A stretch of 64,000 bases of DNA from Ruditapes philippinarum. Lineage: Eukaryota. The translations under genes were made by a program, and so were the position numbers. The stretch is taken from contig NW_026855453.1 of the NCBI RefSeq assembly GCF_026571515.1, positions 1-64,000 on the forward strand, given 5' to 3'. The notes beneath the pieces are model-generated. The model did no database searches. It was not told the DNA's origin and was given only the letters and a program-made list of their open reading frames with translations. Below are positions 26,631 through 39,230 of this stretch, one piece after another (within the stretch, counting starts at the first letter, position 1; each line of letters starts with the position of its first letter).

Positions 26631-27344
26631 TGTATTTTGAATACATGTTGTACTGCTTAAATCGGATTTTCCAGATTTATTAATCAATCTAATCTATCAA
26701 ATCAATATAACAATTGTTTACAGCCAAACAGTTTTCCATTTTAATGTTTACTCGTTGAAATTGAATTATCTACCATGTAAGCATTAAACACTATATTGAT
26801 TACATTTTCTTTCGATATCAGTTTTTTTTCCATATTTATGTTTGCAATATATTTAACATGAAGGATAGGGTAACAGACTTGAAGTAAACAATAGGATATT
26901 GAATAATGTAAGTTTTAGACTTACTATTCTTTGACTGTCATAATCTCTTTATTTGGTATCGATTATGAAAGGAATACTAAAATAAAAATTGTAATAAAAT
27001 GGGAAATACTAAACCCTGAAAGGTCTTCATATGCGGCAAAATGAAAATGTTGCAGGTTCAACTTAATAAAACATGATTATTGACAGCAGTGGGAAATGCA
27101 AGTTTACAAAGTTTTGATATATATATATATAAATATAACCATTAAAAACGATGAAAAAAATAACTATCAACACAATTCGCTCAAATACATGTACATTCAA
27201 ACCGCACGCCTAGAGGAAAATTTGAAGATTGAAATTTAACCAGATATCTCATAATTTGTCATTTTACAAACTGACTTTCGAAACATTAACTAAAAACTAC
27301 CTTTTTATTTATGCTATATTGGAAAGAGACTTTATTTGTGCTAC

Positions 27345-28700
27345 ATGACTACTCATATTGATAAAGGTAACACACTTATTTAATTTAAAGATCACTGATC
27401 ATATTGCGAAAAAAATAATTAACTCAACATCTTTAACATACATGTATATTCTTTGGTATAAAAAGATAATTGTACCGGTTTATCTATCAAAACAGACTAA
27501 AAACATGCATTTTCAGGTTTTCAAATCATTGAACTTTGTTGTACTATTTAGCGATCATTTTGCAAGAGATTAGCATATTTATTAAATCAAAACATAACAT
27601 TTTATAGTCAATTATTTATAACTTGCCTTCTTTCAGAACTGTTTTATTTCTGTTTTTATGTCTGTAATCTAGTCAAATAAATGATAGAATATTTAAAGTT
27701 TTTCATCGTATAGGCAATGATGGCAACAGCGTCTCTGACGTGGTAGCTATTGTATTTGGTTTTATTGGTGGTATTACATCAGGAGCAATTGTATGGCCGG
27801 TGTTAATGTTGCTGTATGGTTATGTTGGTGGGGTATTATTAGGTGCATGTGTCGCTGGTATGTCCGGAGTAGCTATTCAAGGTGAGTAAAATAGTGCATT
27901 ACAACATTTTGCGAAAATATTTATTACGATTGTGCATCACTGTTACAACGTTTCCATAGTTACTAAACTGTCCTGGTATACAATAGAGAAGTTCAACCTA
28001 TGAAGGCAATATTAGATCGAAACACATAAATCAATAAAAGTTTTACATTCCGTCAGAACACATAAGTCGATGGGAGTTTTACATTAAAGGATATATTGAG
28101 GTATATTAAACAAAAATGTCATCGGTACGTACCAGAAGATATAATTATAAATTGTTTTCATATAGCAAACATGAAACATGATTAAGATATATTTTGTTGT
28201 TTCAGATAGTTTGTTACAAACAGATCGAAATCTGAGGTCTCTGATTCCTTTAACTACCTTTCTATTTTTACCCTTCCTGTTGCCTCTGATTTTAGGTGGG
28301 TATATAATTTATACTACAAATTTAAAAATACGATTTCAGTGCATTACATGTCGTTGAAAAAATATTGGAAGAACACCTTAAAAACACAAAGAAAAATATT
28401 CTTTAGGAAACGTTGAAACATATTATGTAAACTTTTCTTCGTCTTCATATGAGCGATAGGAAGATAAATGAATTGCAAAATTAAGACATGCCAAGTGTGC
28501 TTTTAGGCAGGCAATTACTGGAATAAGAATATTGATACATGCTTCAAAATATTGAAAAACGGAATCCCTAAAGAACGTACAAAACAATAAAATTGAAAAT
28601 ATTGCAGGCTTGGATTGATTAATATATATTTGCTGTATTTCTAATGAGTTGTCTGATTATTTTTTCAGGACCTGTGAATTTTGAACAGGAGAAATTATGA
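27345..28700 (+). CDS. Small glycine-zipper membrane protein, paralog B (about 103 aa; first exon tentative)
   Basis: Exons 27714-27881 (168 nt), 28206-28295 (90 nt) and 28669-28700. The two internal exons have the same lengths and phases as paralog A and share VV..V.G.IGG...G...M..YG...G...GA..AG..GVAIQ. Candidate first exon 27345-27366 (MTTHIDK, phase 1). Confidence 0.75.
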
Positions 28701-30334
28701 ATAAATCATTTACAAAAAATGCATTTTATATGGGACATTAAAAGGAAACGGTTCGGATTTCTGATGAACAATTATTTTGAATTATCCCATTTTATATTCG
28801 TATAAGAAATATACAGGTATTAGTTTGATTATCTGAAAGTTCTTTATCTTTTAAAATATTTCAACGCGATATTAACTTAGGACAACATAAACTTTACACA
28901 AAAGCAAAAACCATCAAAGTGTTGGTGAGGTACCGCATTTTAGTCAGTATGCGAATTATGGGTGCTGTACATATGTTGTATAGCAATACCGGGGTGTAGC
29001 ACACTAAATACATATATACATCTGTATCTTCCGTTGTCATGAAATGCTATACTCACAACAGAAGGTTTTCAGTACATAACTGTATGTCAGTTGTTATAAT
29101 GCAGGTTTGACACGGATTGCATTTTGTTGCCCATGTGATAAAAGAGACAACAATTGCCACAACTGTGGCCTCACATGTACCTACTGAGAAGTTTGTGTTC
29201 GGGTTTAGTTTTGAAATTGCATCACATATGTCGCCTTTATTTTTTATGAATCAGCATATCTTTCACTCATTTCGACAAAGTCCACTCCGGAGTTCAATTG
29301 ATAATATGAACGTAAGAAAAAGTTCCATAAACTGTTTCCATTTTACTGTGGTTTAGAAATTATAAATTCGTTTTGCAGCATCTGTATAGAATTCTGATTA
29401 TTATTATCTAAAGTGTTTTGCCAAAAATAACTACATGTAGATTATAAATAACAGCTCAACATTATATCAACCTTATACTCGTCTAATATGTTTTAAGATT
29501 CCATACTAAATGTCTGAGGATAATGTGTCTTTAATGTATTGCAATAAGAATTTCACCACAAATATTCGTTCACAAAAGAGCACATATCAACGTTTGTGGT
29601 TAAATCTTTTTATTGTTCAATAAAAGGTCAGAGTAGGGATTTATTAATGAATGTATGTGCTAAATAAACTATTTACTATTCTAAAACAAACGAAATAGCT
29701 CAGATGCTTTGTGTTTCCTGATTATGTTACAAATATAGATATTTATATTGTTATATTGTATTGTTGCTATGTAAACATACACTAATATCGTACAGTCGCG
29801 TTATTTCTCTCAGTTTTGTGCCGCTACAAATTATTGAAAATGCTTTTATCACATTGAAACATATCTGGTCCAATGGATGTTGTTAAAGAGCAATTAACAT
29901 ATTACGCCTAATGAACATGAGCCAAATAGAAAATTGAAATAATCTTTATTACCTATTCTGGAGAAAATAAATATCTACGAAGAAATGAAAATAAGTACTT
30001 ATAGTATTATATTTCTGTTAAAGAAAAGTTAAAAGTAAATATAGCATTGATTATCAATAAACTTGAATAGTATAAAATGTCAATTGTTGAAATGAAATGA
30101 AACGAAACAAAAGAAAAGAAATCCGTTACAAGATACACGATGAAAATTGTCGAGATTTCTAAAGAAAAAAATATGTATCATTAAAAAGCGACATCAATGA
30201 TGAGGTAATCAAATTGAGAATTCATCGTTGTTAAGCTATGTAAATTTTGAAATCTTATAGTTATATTTAAAGTGTTAATATCGTTGAAGAAAAAGCTGTT
30301 TTCTTGTTTAAGACAATACCAATACCAATACACT

Positions 30335-30485
30335 CTCGTCGATTACGTTCCTGGAACCAACCAGTACTGAACAATGAGTGTAGTGCATCTTTCTCAAGGA
30401 AACAACGGCTGGTCACTGACGCTGTTTGAACTTACGCGGACAGCGATTCAGATACTGGTCCGAACAACTCGACCATGCCGCCATC
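30335..30485 (-). mobile_element. Degenerate tRNA-derived SINE fragment
   Basis: The central-domain motif tctcaaggaaacaac is followed by a reversed B-box-like segment. A similar fragment lies at 40748-40850. Confidence 0.5.
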
Positions 30486-32068
30486 ATTATTATGTTTTGC
30501 AAACTAAACTGGAATCCAGGCCATTAAGGTCGATGTTATTGTTCTTAAGAACGCGCTTTTTACAATTCATTCACAGAGGTCCTTAATACATAACAGTTAC
30601 TAGTAAAAAGAATATTTACAAAATTCTTATGCATGCGTGAATTTATCAGTGCTGTATCTTTAAAAATTGTATACACAATAGGAAAATAATTGTAATAAAT
30701 ACTAGAAAACATTTTCTGATTTGATTCTGGGTAAAATATACCGGAACCATGACGCACAAATTGAGAGATGCTTTATGATGGAGATTTTAAGAAAATATGT
30801 AGTATGACACCAAGCAATTACATTACGTAATTTTCAAGAATGATTGAAACGCATGCACATTACTACCATATATGGTGCACATGCATTTAAATCTATCTAT
30901 TGGTTTTCATGCTATGACGAAAGGTGGAATGCATTACCACGGTGATTATGACTTTATTATGAAAGGTTTTGTCTTATATCTCAATTAATTTATTGTACAA
31001 CAGGCTCTATACTGTGTTTACTGTTACGACAATAAACTGTGGTAAAGGATTGTCAAAAAATTTTAATAGAAGAAAAATGTGTCCATATATGTAAGCATGT
31101 TAAAAGTCTCATTGTTTTGCATGTATATCACAGCAAGTAAACATCACGTTAAAGATTTCCAGTTGTAATATTTTAAAGTAGAATATTTGTTTTTGACTGA
31201 TGATATTTACCATTTGCTAGTAAACTATTATCTTGATAATTCACGATACTAGACAGTAATACTAGAAAATAAAGATAATAAATTAAATTAACCAATATAT
31301 ATTCAAATGTTCAATTGTTTATTTGTTACAGTAATTCGTCAAATTTTGACCAACAGACATGATGATAGTAATCAAAATCTATATTAAAACAGGACAAAAC
31401 AAATGTTAAAAAAATGGCTTAACTCATTCCTTTCAATCTCCTATGTTAAGATTGTTAAGTATTAAATGTAATAGCTGTAACATTCTTTACACATGTTTTG
31501 TACAATTGAAATGACGATTTTGTCAGGAATACACACTTTTTTTAAAAATCGAATTGATCTATAATTGAAGATCTGTAATACAATTACAATACCATGTCTT
31601 TGTATTGATAAATTGTACTTATTGCTATGGAACATGTTGTTTTAATGCAGTGAAATATTTGTAGTTTTAATGATAGTTACCTTGAGTGTCTGTCAGACAT
31701 AACAACAAACCACGAAATAAGTTTATGTATGTTGTTGGCAGGTGTGAGATACACAATACGACATATTACATATGTTTATACAGCAGATAATAAAATGTTT
31801 AAGAATAAAAATATAATGTATTTTATTTATCATATAAATGTCCAAACGGAATAACTTAGAACTAAGAATTTTATCAATTTTTTTCAAGCAAAATTATGTT
31901 GAAAAAATATACAAAATATATATCCAAATATTACATTTCCATTGTTTTTATTAATATCTGAGAACACCAGTCATATAGAAATATGCCATGACCGAGAAAA
32001 AAACTAGTAACGACGCGAATTAAGTAATGCGTTCTGATATCATATGTTGCGGTCAACATATACATTAA

Positions 32069-32305
32069 TGAGCCGCGTCACGACAAAACCAACATAATGG
32101 GTTTGCGACCAGCATGGATCCAGACCAGGCTGCGCCTCCGCGCAGTCTGATCAGGATCCATGCTGTTCGCTATCAATTTCTCTACTTGTTATAGGGTTTG
32201 TAAGCGAACAGCATGGATCCTGATCAGATTGCGCGGATGCGCAGGCTGGTCTTGATCCATGCTGGTCGCAAACGCACTATGTAAGTTCTGTCGTGACGCG
32301 GCTCA
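32069..32305. mobile_element. Palindromic MITE family A, copy 4
   Basis: Same TIRs and body as the other copies. Confidence 0.9.
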
Positions 32306-35295
32306 TTTATTATTCAATGTGGCTTTCTACCGTGATCCGGAGGGTAAACTACCAACACCACTACATATGGTCGCAACATTATCTGAACAATTTGTTAATA
32401 TTGATATTAATATCAAGCAGATGATCTTTTAAAGTTTTAACTATCAATATTTAAATCAGACACAATGAAGATTTATAATTATTCACCTTAAATTTATTAA
32501 AATAATACATATTTCTTATCGGTAAATTGTACTTTTCGGCGATTGACATTTGTGGTACAGCGTGTTCTGTTTTACATTTATTTAAAATAAATACTATAAA
32601 CATTTTTCTGTTTACGCGTGAAATTTCACGAATCCATGTGTACAATACTAAATGTAATTAAGCACGAAATATCTAATGCGTGATTGTGTTAGAATTTACA
32701 CTGCATTAAGATGATTAATGAATGATTAATGATACAGTGGACATGAAAGTGACTATATGCGATATAAAATACTTTTTCTAGATATGAAACATCAAGCGTA
32801 AAATCAATAATACGGTGATTTTACCTCGTGATATTATACTGTTTCCTTGACAATCAACGAGGATTTTTTATATTAAATTGTATGCTACAAATATATTTCA
32901 AAGCAGTGAAATGATAAGGAATTGCAGACAACAAAAGGTATTTGCTTCTATTTTCATTTTTTGTATAACCTGGGTGGTGAGATTCATTATTTAGCTTTAT
33001 TTAATATTTCTTTGATGTTTGATATTTCTCGCTTATATTATCCTAAATAATTTAATAATAAAAACTATGATGATATCAAATACTAACATACAATATGTTA
33101 AAATGCTAACTTCGTTAAATATAATTAAATATCATAATATTATAAATATGCTAAAATACTAACTACACTTATACTTAATATTATAATATCATACAATATG
33201 TTAAAATACGAAATATTAGAATATAAAATACTATAATACTTATTATGCTAAATGTTATAATGTTAAATAATTTGATTATAAATAAAGAAACCTTTAAAAC
33301 AGGATTTAACACTTAGCTTTAAAAATATTAAGACTGTGATAATTCGTATGTTGATTGTGTAAAACAATATTATGTTTCTCAAATTCAGAAATAGCATCAG
33401 AAATCATATAAAACAGATGTCCGATCATTATGCAATATCTAAAGGTATTAGATTAAATTAACACTGAATAATCAATATTAATTTATTTACAATGTTAAAG
33501 GACTCGACTCATACATCATGAATATAAAAGTAGAATGTAAATTGCTAAAACAATTACGATATAAAGTATGATTGATAAAATTAATGTGGCATAAAGGATT
33601 TAGAAGCAATTGTTATAACTTCCTTGTTTCTATAATAGATATCCGGATGCCACATTCCGGCAAGAGTTGACCGTGATATCATGTAAATTACAGTAAAATA
33701 ACAGAGAAATAAACTTATACGGCTTATCATTTATTAAGATTTATAAGGTTAATATCATTAAATTTTTGGTCAGAATTGAAATTAAAGTCATTTGTCATAT
33801 ATTCAACCATACGATCGTTACAAGGTGATATATTTCGCCTCTTTTTGTGTCCCTTTCAAATATAATAAAAGCGTGATCGTATAGGCATATATCTATTATC
33901 GTGCAAATTCTGTATATTCCGCCTCTTTTCGTGTCTTTAAATTATAACAATAGAGTTTATATAATATCGAACGATATAAATCTTGTTAATTTGTCGTTTT
34001 AAATAAAATAGAAATGAACGTATATTTACTTCAAAAAGGCACACCTGTATTATTTGGGTTTTACACGAAACTGAATTATAGAGGATTCCATTAAATGTAT
34101 ATTATAAATTTACTTTATGAACTATAAACATGACAATTGAATTTAATGAAAGAAGTTAAACTGTGTGATGTTACAAGTTCACCAAAAAATACCAGGTGCA
34201 AATGTAAATAGTAATCTTTGGATGATCAGCCTTTTATCGTTGTCAAACAGCAGAAGATCTGATTTGATCATCAGATCTTTGCATCCTGAATAATTACTCC
34301 CGTTTCCTATGGGTACCCGTTTTGATATAGCAATGTCTTGTAGTCGATGTTAAAATGTTGACATAATGTCGCCGCTCTCCGCTGCCTAGTTCTTGGTAGA
34401 TTGTTGACGGTACCTGAAGTAAGATGGTGCCGAGGAAGTCGATTGAAATCAAAACGATTGATGGTGACTTGTTGATATATACGCTGGTCTGTTTCTGTCC
34501 AAAGGCTATCAAGCTTCGATATTTTGGTAGCACCATAATCTTCAAGACATAGTTTCTTATTATGAAATGTGAAATTCATCAGTTTTTTGTTTGAAAAAAA
34601 AAAGAAATTCGCCATGCATGAACTGTCATATGAAATTATTGACTAGCGTCCATTATTATATTCTTCTTATTCTCATATAATATTACACTGTATATTACAT
34701 TTAAAAGAAAACATTGAATACCAAAGTATGTGTTGAACTCAATTATTGAAAGATGTGAAGTTTTAATGACTTCAAAAGTAGAAATAATTTTACGAAAACA
34801 ATGTTACAGTTTAGATAAATTTAGATACGAACACATCTTTCAGTAAGCACGAAATTTCGTTATGTTAACCGAAGACTAGCATTATTCTTTCTTTTCATAA
34901 CTACCGAAAAGTGCAACCTGATTAAAATAGGCTCCATAATAACGCTACATGTAAGAAATAAGCAGATGAAAACTTTAGTCAGATTTTTTTTTGTGGTACT
35001 ATTTTTAACATGCGATTTTTTTATAAATAAATTTATTTGAAATACTAGTATATTAGTCATATTGGCGTGTAATCAATGGCAAGAAATTCGTGAAAACAAA
35101 TGTATTGATATTCTAAGTGATTTCGTTGTAAAAACACTCTTTAACAATTAAAGCGTGCGTTTTCAAAGTTCTTTCGTTCTCGTATATATAAAAACTCATG
35201 ACGCACTTCACCTGATAAGGATATTTATGTTCCACACAATGTGTTTTAGTTCTCTTTTCAGACACACATACCCACTTTACGTGAGAAAATAAAAC

Positions 35296-38033
35296 ATGGC
35301 GTCAACCAAAAAAAGTAGATGTACCCGTCACGTGATAATATTCTCCCTCGTTGTGACTGTGTTAACGCTGTTATTAACAAGGAAACATGTATACAAGCAA
35401 GGTTACCTTTAAATTTTATATCTGATAAGTACATCTTGCGCTTTTATTAAATCATTTGAGAAGCCTGATTTAATTGAAAAATGATTTCTGGTATTATTTT
35501 GATACCATAGCAATGTACACTCTTTTAACAAATAAAACTCTACCACAATCATCTATATGCTCCCCGTTTCTCTAATTGCAATAACAAAAGAACAAAACTA
35601 TTTTGTGCAATAATGTGTTTATTTTTTATTGCTTACACCCATACATTAAATTATGATGAATTGGCATAAGTGTTTTAAACAAATTAAGTTTTTAGTCAAA
35701 GTTTGAAATCCACAAATAAAGTGACAATGAGTTTAATATAATCAGTGATGATAATAACGCTTTGCATTGATATTTTGTTTTTTAAATGCTTCACTCTTTT
35801 ACGATCACAATATAATTTTACATTATAATGAAGCATGGCTAATTTAATTTTACTTTCAGAATACAAAAATATTTACGAGTCTTATCGCCCTTCCGTCATC
35901 AGGAGCAGTAGTCAACCAATCAAAACACGGCTTATAGAAGATAACCAAACAAGAGGATATAACAAAAATAAATTAAATGTAGATGTTTTAAATATAACTG
36001 ATAATCAATCAACAAACGAAGAAACAGGTAACAAAAACTTTCAAATAAACATGGCTGAAAAATCAAAAAGTTTCTCATCAACTACTATACATACTTCACA
36101 TGTATCAGATAGGGAAAATCAAACACTACGTAATATGAATTCAGCTCAAGAGACCATAAAATCAAACAACACAGGTCCAGTTCTAGTTGTCATACTGGCG
36201 TACATGCATACAGGCTCCTCATATACTGCTAGGATTATACAACAACATACGGGCACATTCTACGAGTTTGAACCTTTACGAAGTTTACTAGAAAGATCCC
36301 GACGAAATTCGCCGATATTCTTTTTGAATGGAACATATAAGTAAAGTCATCTTTTCCTTTTAGCTATAGAGTTTTACATTTAATCAAATTGATTTCTAGC
36401 CGTAATTACATAAGTTTTGTTTTTCAATGAACAAGCAATAAAACTAAAATAACAAGAATACATATGTCATCCTTACAAAACTAAAGTATTTTTTCTCAAA
36501 TATGTTTTAAAACGAAATGAAATTAAATAATAGTTGTAGCATACTATTTTTTTTTAATTTTGAGTTGGGTTTTACTCCGCACTGTAAAGGTCATATACAT
36601 GTATCGGCTTTCCAGCTTTACTGGCTGAGGAATCCCTAAGATGCTCCTCCATGTATTATCTAAGGCACTAATGGGCACCTGAGTAAAACTATCGTGGGTC
36701 CGTTAGCTAGCTAGATAGCTTCCTGACATAAAAATCCAAAGTCCCTGGCTGGATTCGAACCCACAGCGGCGAGGGGCCAGTGGACCATAACCACGCAGAC
36801 ACGGATGTCACGTTGGACATAAGCCGCAACGTTTGGACTCGAAATTTTATCAAGAACTTTAGGTTTGCCTTTTGTGTATGCACATGAGTGTATATGCGCG
36901 TTGAATATTTTTTTATTTATCTGTCACTGAAAAATATAATTTTAAAGAACTTATATAAAATATTTGTTGTATTTTTTAACAGAAGAATATCGGGAGAGGT
37001 CCTTGACACTCAGATTGGAACAGACGCTGTAAGAAACACAATTACTTGCAATCATCACAAACTGGATATAGCGACCTTGTCTACACCGTATCAGGGGTTA
37101 GAGACCACCGATAATAAGGATATTGCTGATTTCTTTAAATGCCAGAAGAAAAATCAAAGCAAAAATAATATATTTTCTGGAACTAGAGGAAAGTATTTGA
37201 TTAATCATTCTGGGAGGGAGAATTTTCAGAGTTTCAGGAATAATGATAAAATCATATCGAGATTGAAACCTTACAAACATACAAATGGCTATGATACACA
37301 AATACCTGACGATGATCATCTGCCGCAACGGCAAACTATTAGAAATAATAATGATCTAGAACATATGAATTCAATCACATATAGAAACAGAAAACATAAA
37401 AATGGTTTTAAAAATATACCTTTGACAGATAAAATTGAAACTATCAATTCTTGTTTACCACAATTGATCAACAAATGCAGGAATGCAACTGTAAGATTGG
37501 CAAAATATATAAGAATGACTATGGAAATTGTTGAAAACATTATTCCTAATTTTCGGAATCTACGTGTCATACATTTATTGAGAGATCCTAGGGCAATGAT
37601 GGACTCTCAGTTGAGGAAAAACGACATGAATGTAAAATCATTGCCGTTATTTGTAAAAAGAACCCGATATATGTGTGCTCGTATGAAAAACGACCTTGAC
37701 ATTTCTGAAAGGCTAAGGAAGTCATACCAAAGTCAGATATACACTTTACGTTATGAAGACTTGGCAGACAATCCATTGAATATCGGACAGCAATTATTTA
37801 GGTTTATAGGTGTACCATTTTCATCAAATGATAAACGATTTATTATTTCAACAAGTTTAAAGCCCGTGAAGGATTCGAAATACCGAGCAGGGGTTTGGAG
37901 AAACCATATTACACCAAAACATTTACAAATTGTCGACAGACATTGCCACCACTTGTATAAACAATTAGGTTATAGACATTTTACTTCTATAGCGGATGTT
38001 AGAAATTTGACAATACCAGATCATTTTCTATAA
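35296..38033 (+). CDS. Golgi carbohydrate sulfotransferase, CHST1/GlcNAc-6-O-sulfotransferase-like (545 aa)
   Basis: join(35296-35401, 35860-36340, 36983-38033), phases 1 and 2 consistent. N-terminal TM VIIFSLVVTVLTLLLT, a stem region, 5'-PSB ILAYMHTGSSY...FYEFEPL, 3'-PB VIHLLRDPRA, LRYEDL and a C-terminal W...C...LGY. Confidence 0.9.
36560..36810 (-). mobile_element. tRNA-derived SINE in sulfotransferase intron 2
   Basis: Reverse copy of the 26380-26630 family. B-box ggttcgaatcc on the minus strand. Confidence 0.7.
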
Positions 38034-38488
38034 TATAATAACTAGGAAATTTCAGCCAGATAATTCGTTAGTCCCGGCCTCAGAACACGACAGGATAGAG
38101 GCCGGTTTGCGACTATTTATTTCTATTATTTTTCTACTGTAATAAAGTAGCATAACCACCATAATATTCATTCATATAATGCTAATGAAATAACATTTAC
38201 GAAAAAACTGATAATAATGTTTAAAAGATTAAATACCTGCAGACATCCGTCTTTTTTTGCAAAATATTGTGAATTTACGTGTAATAGTTTAAGATTGTAA
38301 ACGTTTATTATGTGCTTGTCGTGAAACAATTTTGACCATTTCGAAACAAATCTCTGTATTTCTGGTTGACATTTGTGAGAAATGTTCACAACTGCAAAAC
38401 TGTTGAATTTGAAAGTTTAAACATTGGTCTCGGCTAAATGATCTTCACTCTCAATTTTGAAATCATTTCCTTGCTACATGATGTTTAA

Positions 38489-38694
38489 CCCTTAAAGTGC
38501 TGGAACCGAAAATGTTACGCCTTTGCCACCAGTATAGATCCAGGCCAGCCTGCACATCCGTGCAGTCTGACCAGGCTCTATACTGTTGGCTGACACATTT
38601 TCAATATTCAAATTGATATCCCTAAAATTGATAATGGACAGTCCCAAAAATGGAAGTGGGACAAGTCCATTTAAGATATTCAGCATGTTCAGGG
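38489..38694. mobile_element. piggyBac-like MITE
   Basis: TTAA|CCCT ... AGGG|TTAA termini (TSD at 38485-38488 and 38695-38698). Confidence 0.8.
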
Positions 38695-39230
38695 TTAAGA
38701 AGCAGCACAAACAACTTGCTAAATTATAACGTTGTACACGCCTTATATCATGTTAAAAAGAAATGATTAAAGTCGAACAATTGTTTGATTAAGGAAAACA
38801 ATTAAAATCAAAAGAAACGGGGGATAACCTCTATGATGTTTTGCCTTTTTTGTCATAAAATATCAAGGTAAAATATTCGACAAGTGTACCAATGTATTAG
38901 ATCAAAGCAAAGAGAATGAAACAAAAGACATCGGCTCTTCGACTAAATATACCAACAAAAATTCGGGGCTACAATTTGTGTTTCATGTCCGATTTGCTTC
39001 AGAAATTGTATACAAATGCAAATCTTGGCGATAAATACGAGTTTCTAGCAATTAAAATAAACATAAAAAGATGCAAAAATAATTCTCTAAAACATAAACC
39101 GTCAACATGTTACTTTTTATGCACATGCCATCAGTGAGACAAAGAACATATCAAAACAATACAAATACCTACTGAAATATATATGTTTTCCGTTATACGT
39201 TTAACTCAGTTAGATTAAATTTGGATTTAA

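Noticed and set aside
33050-33290. Very AT-rich quasi-periodic tract
   Set aside because: Low-complexity sequence with no definable unit or function.
34294-34615. Minus-strand ORFs of 83 and 102 aa
   Set aside because: Slightly coding-like composition but no recognisable motif, splice structure or paralog; unsupported.
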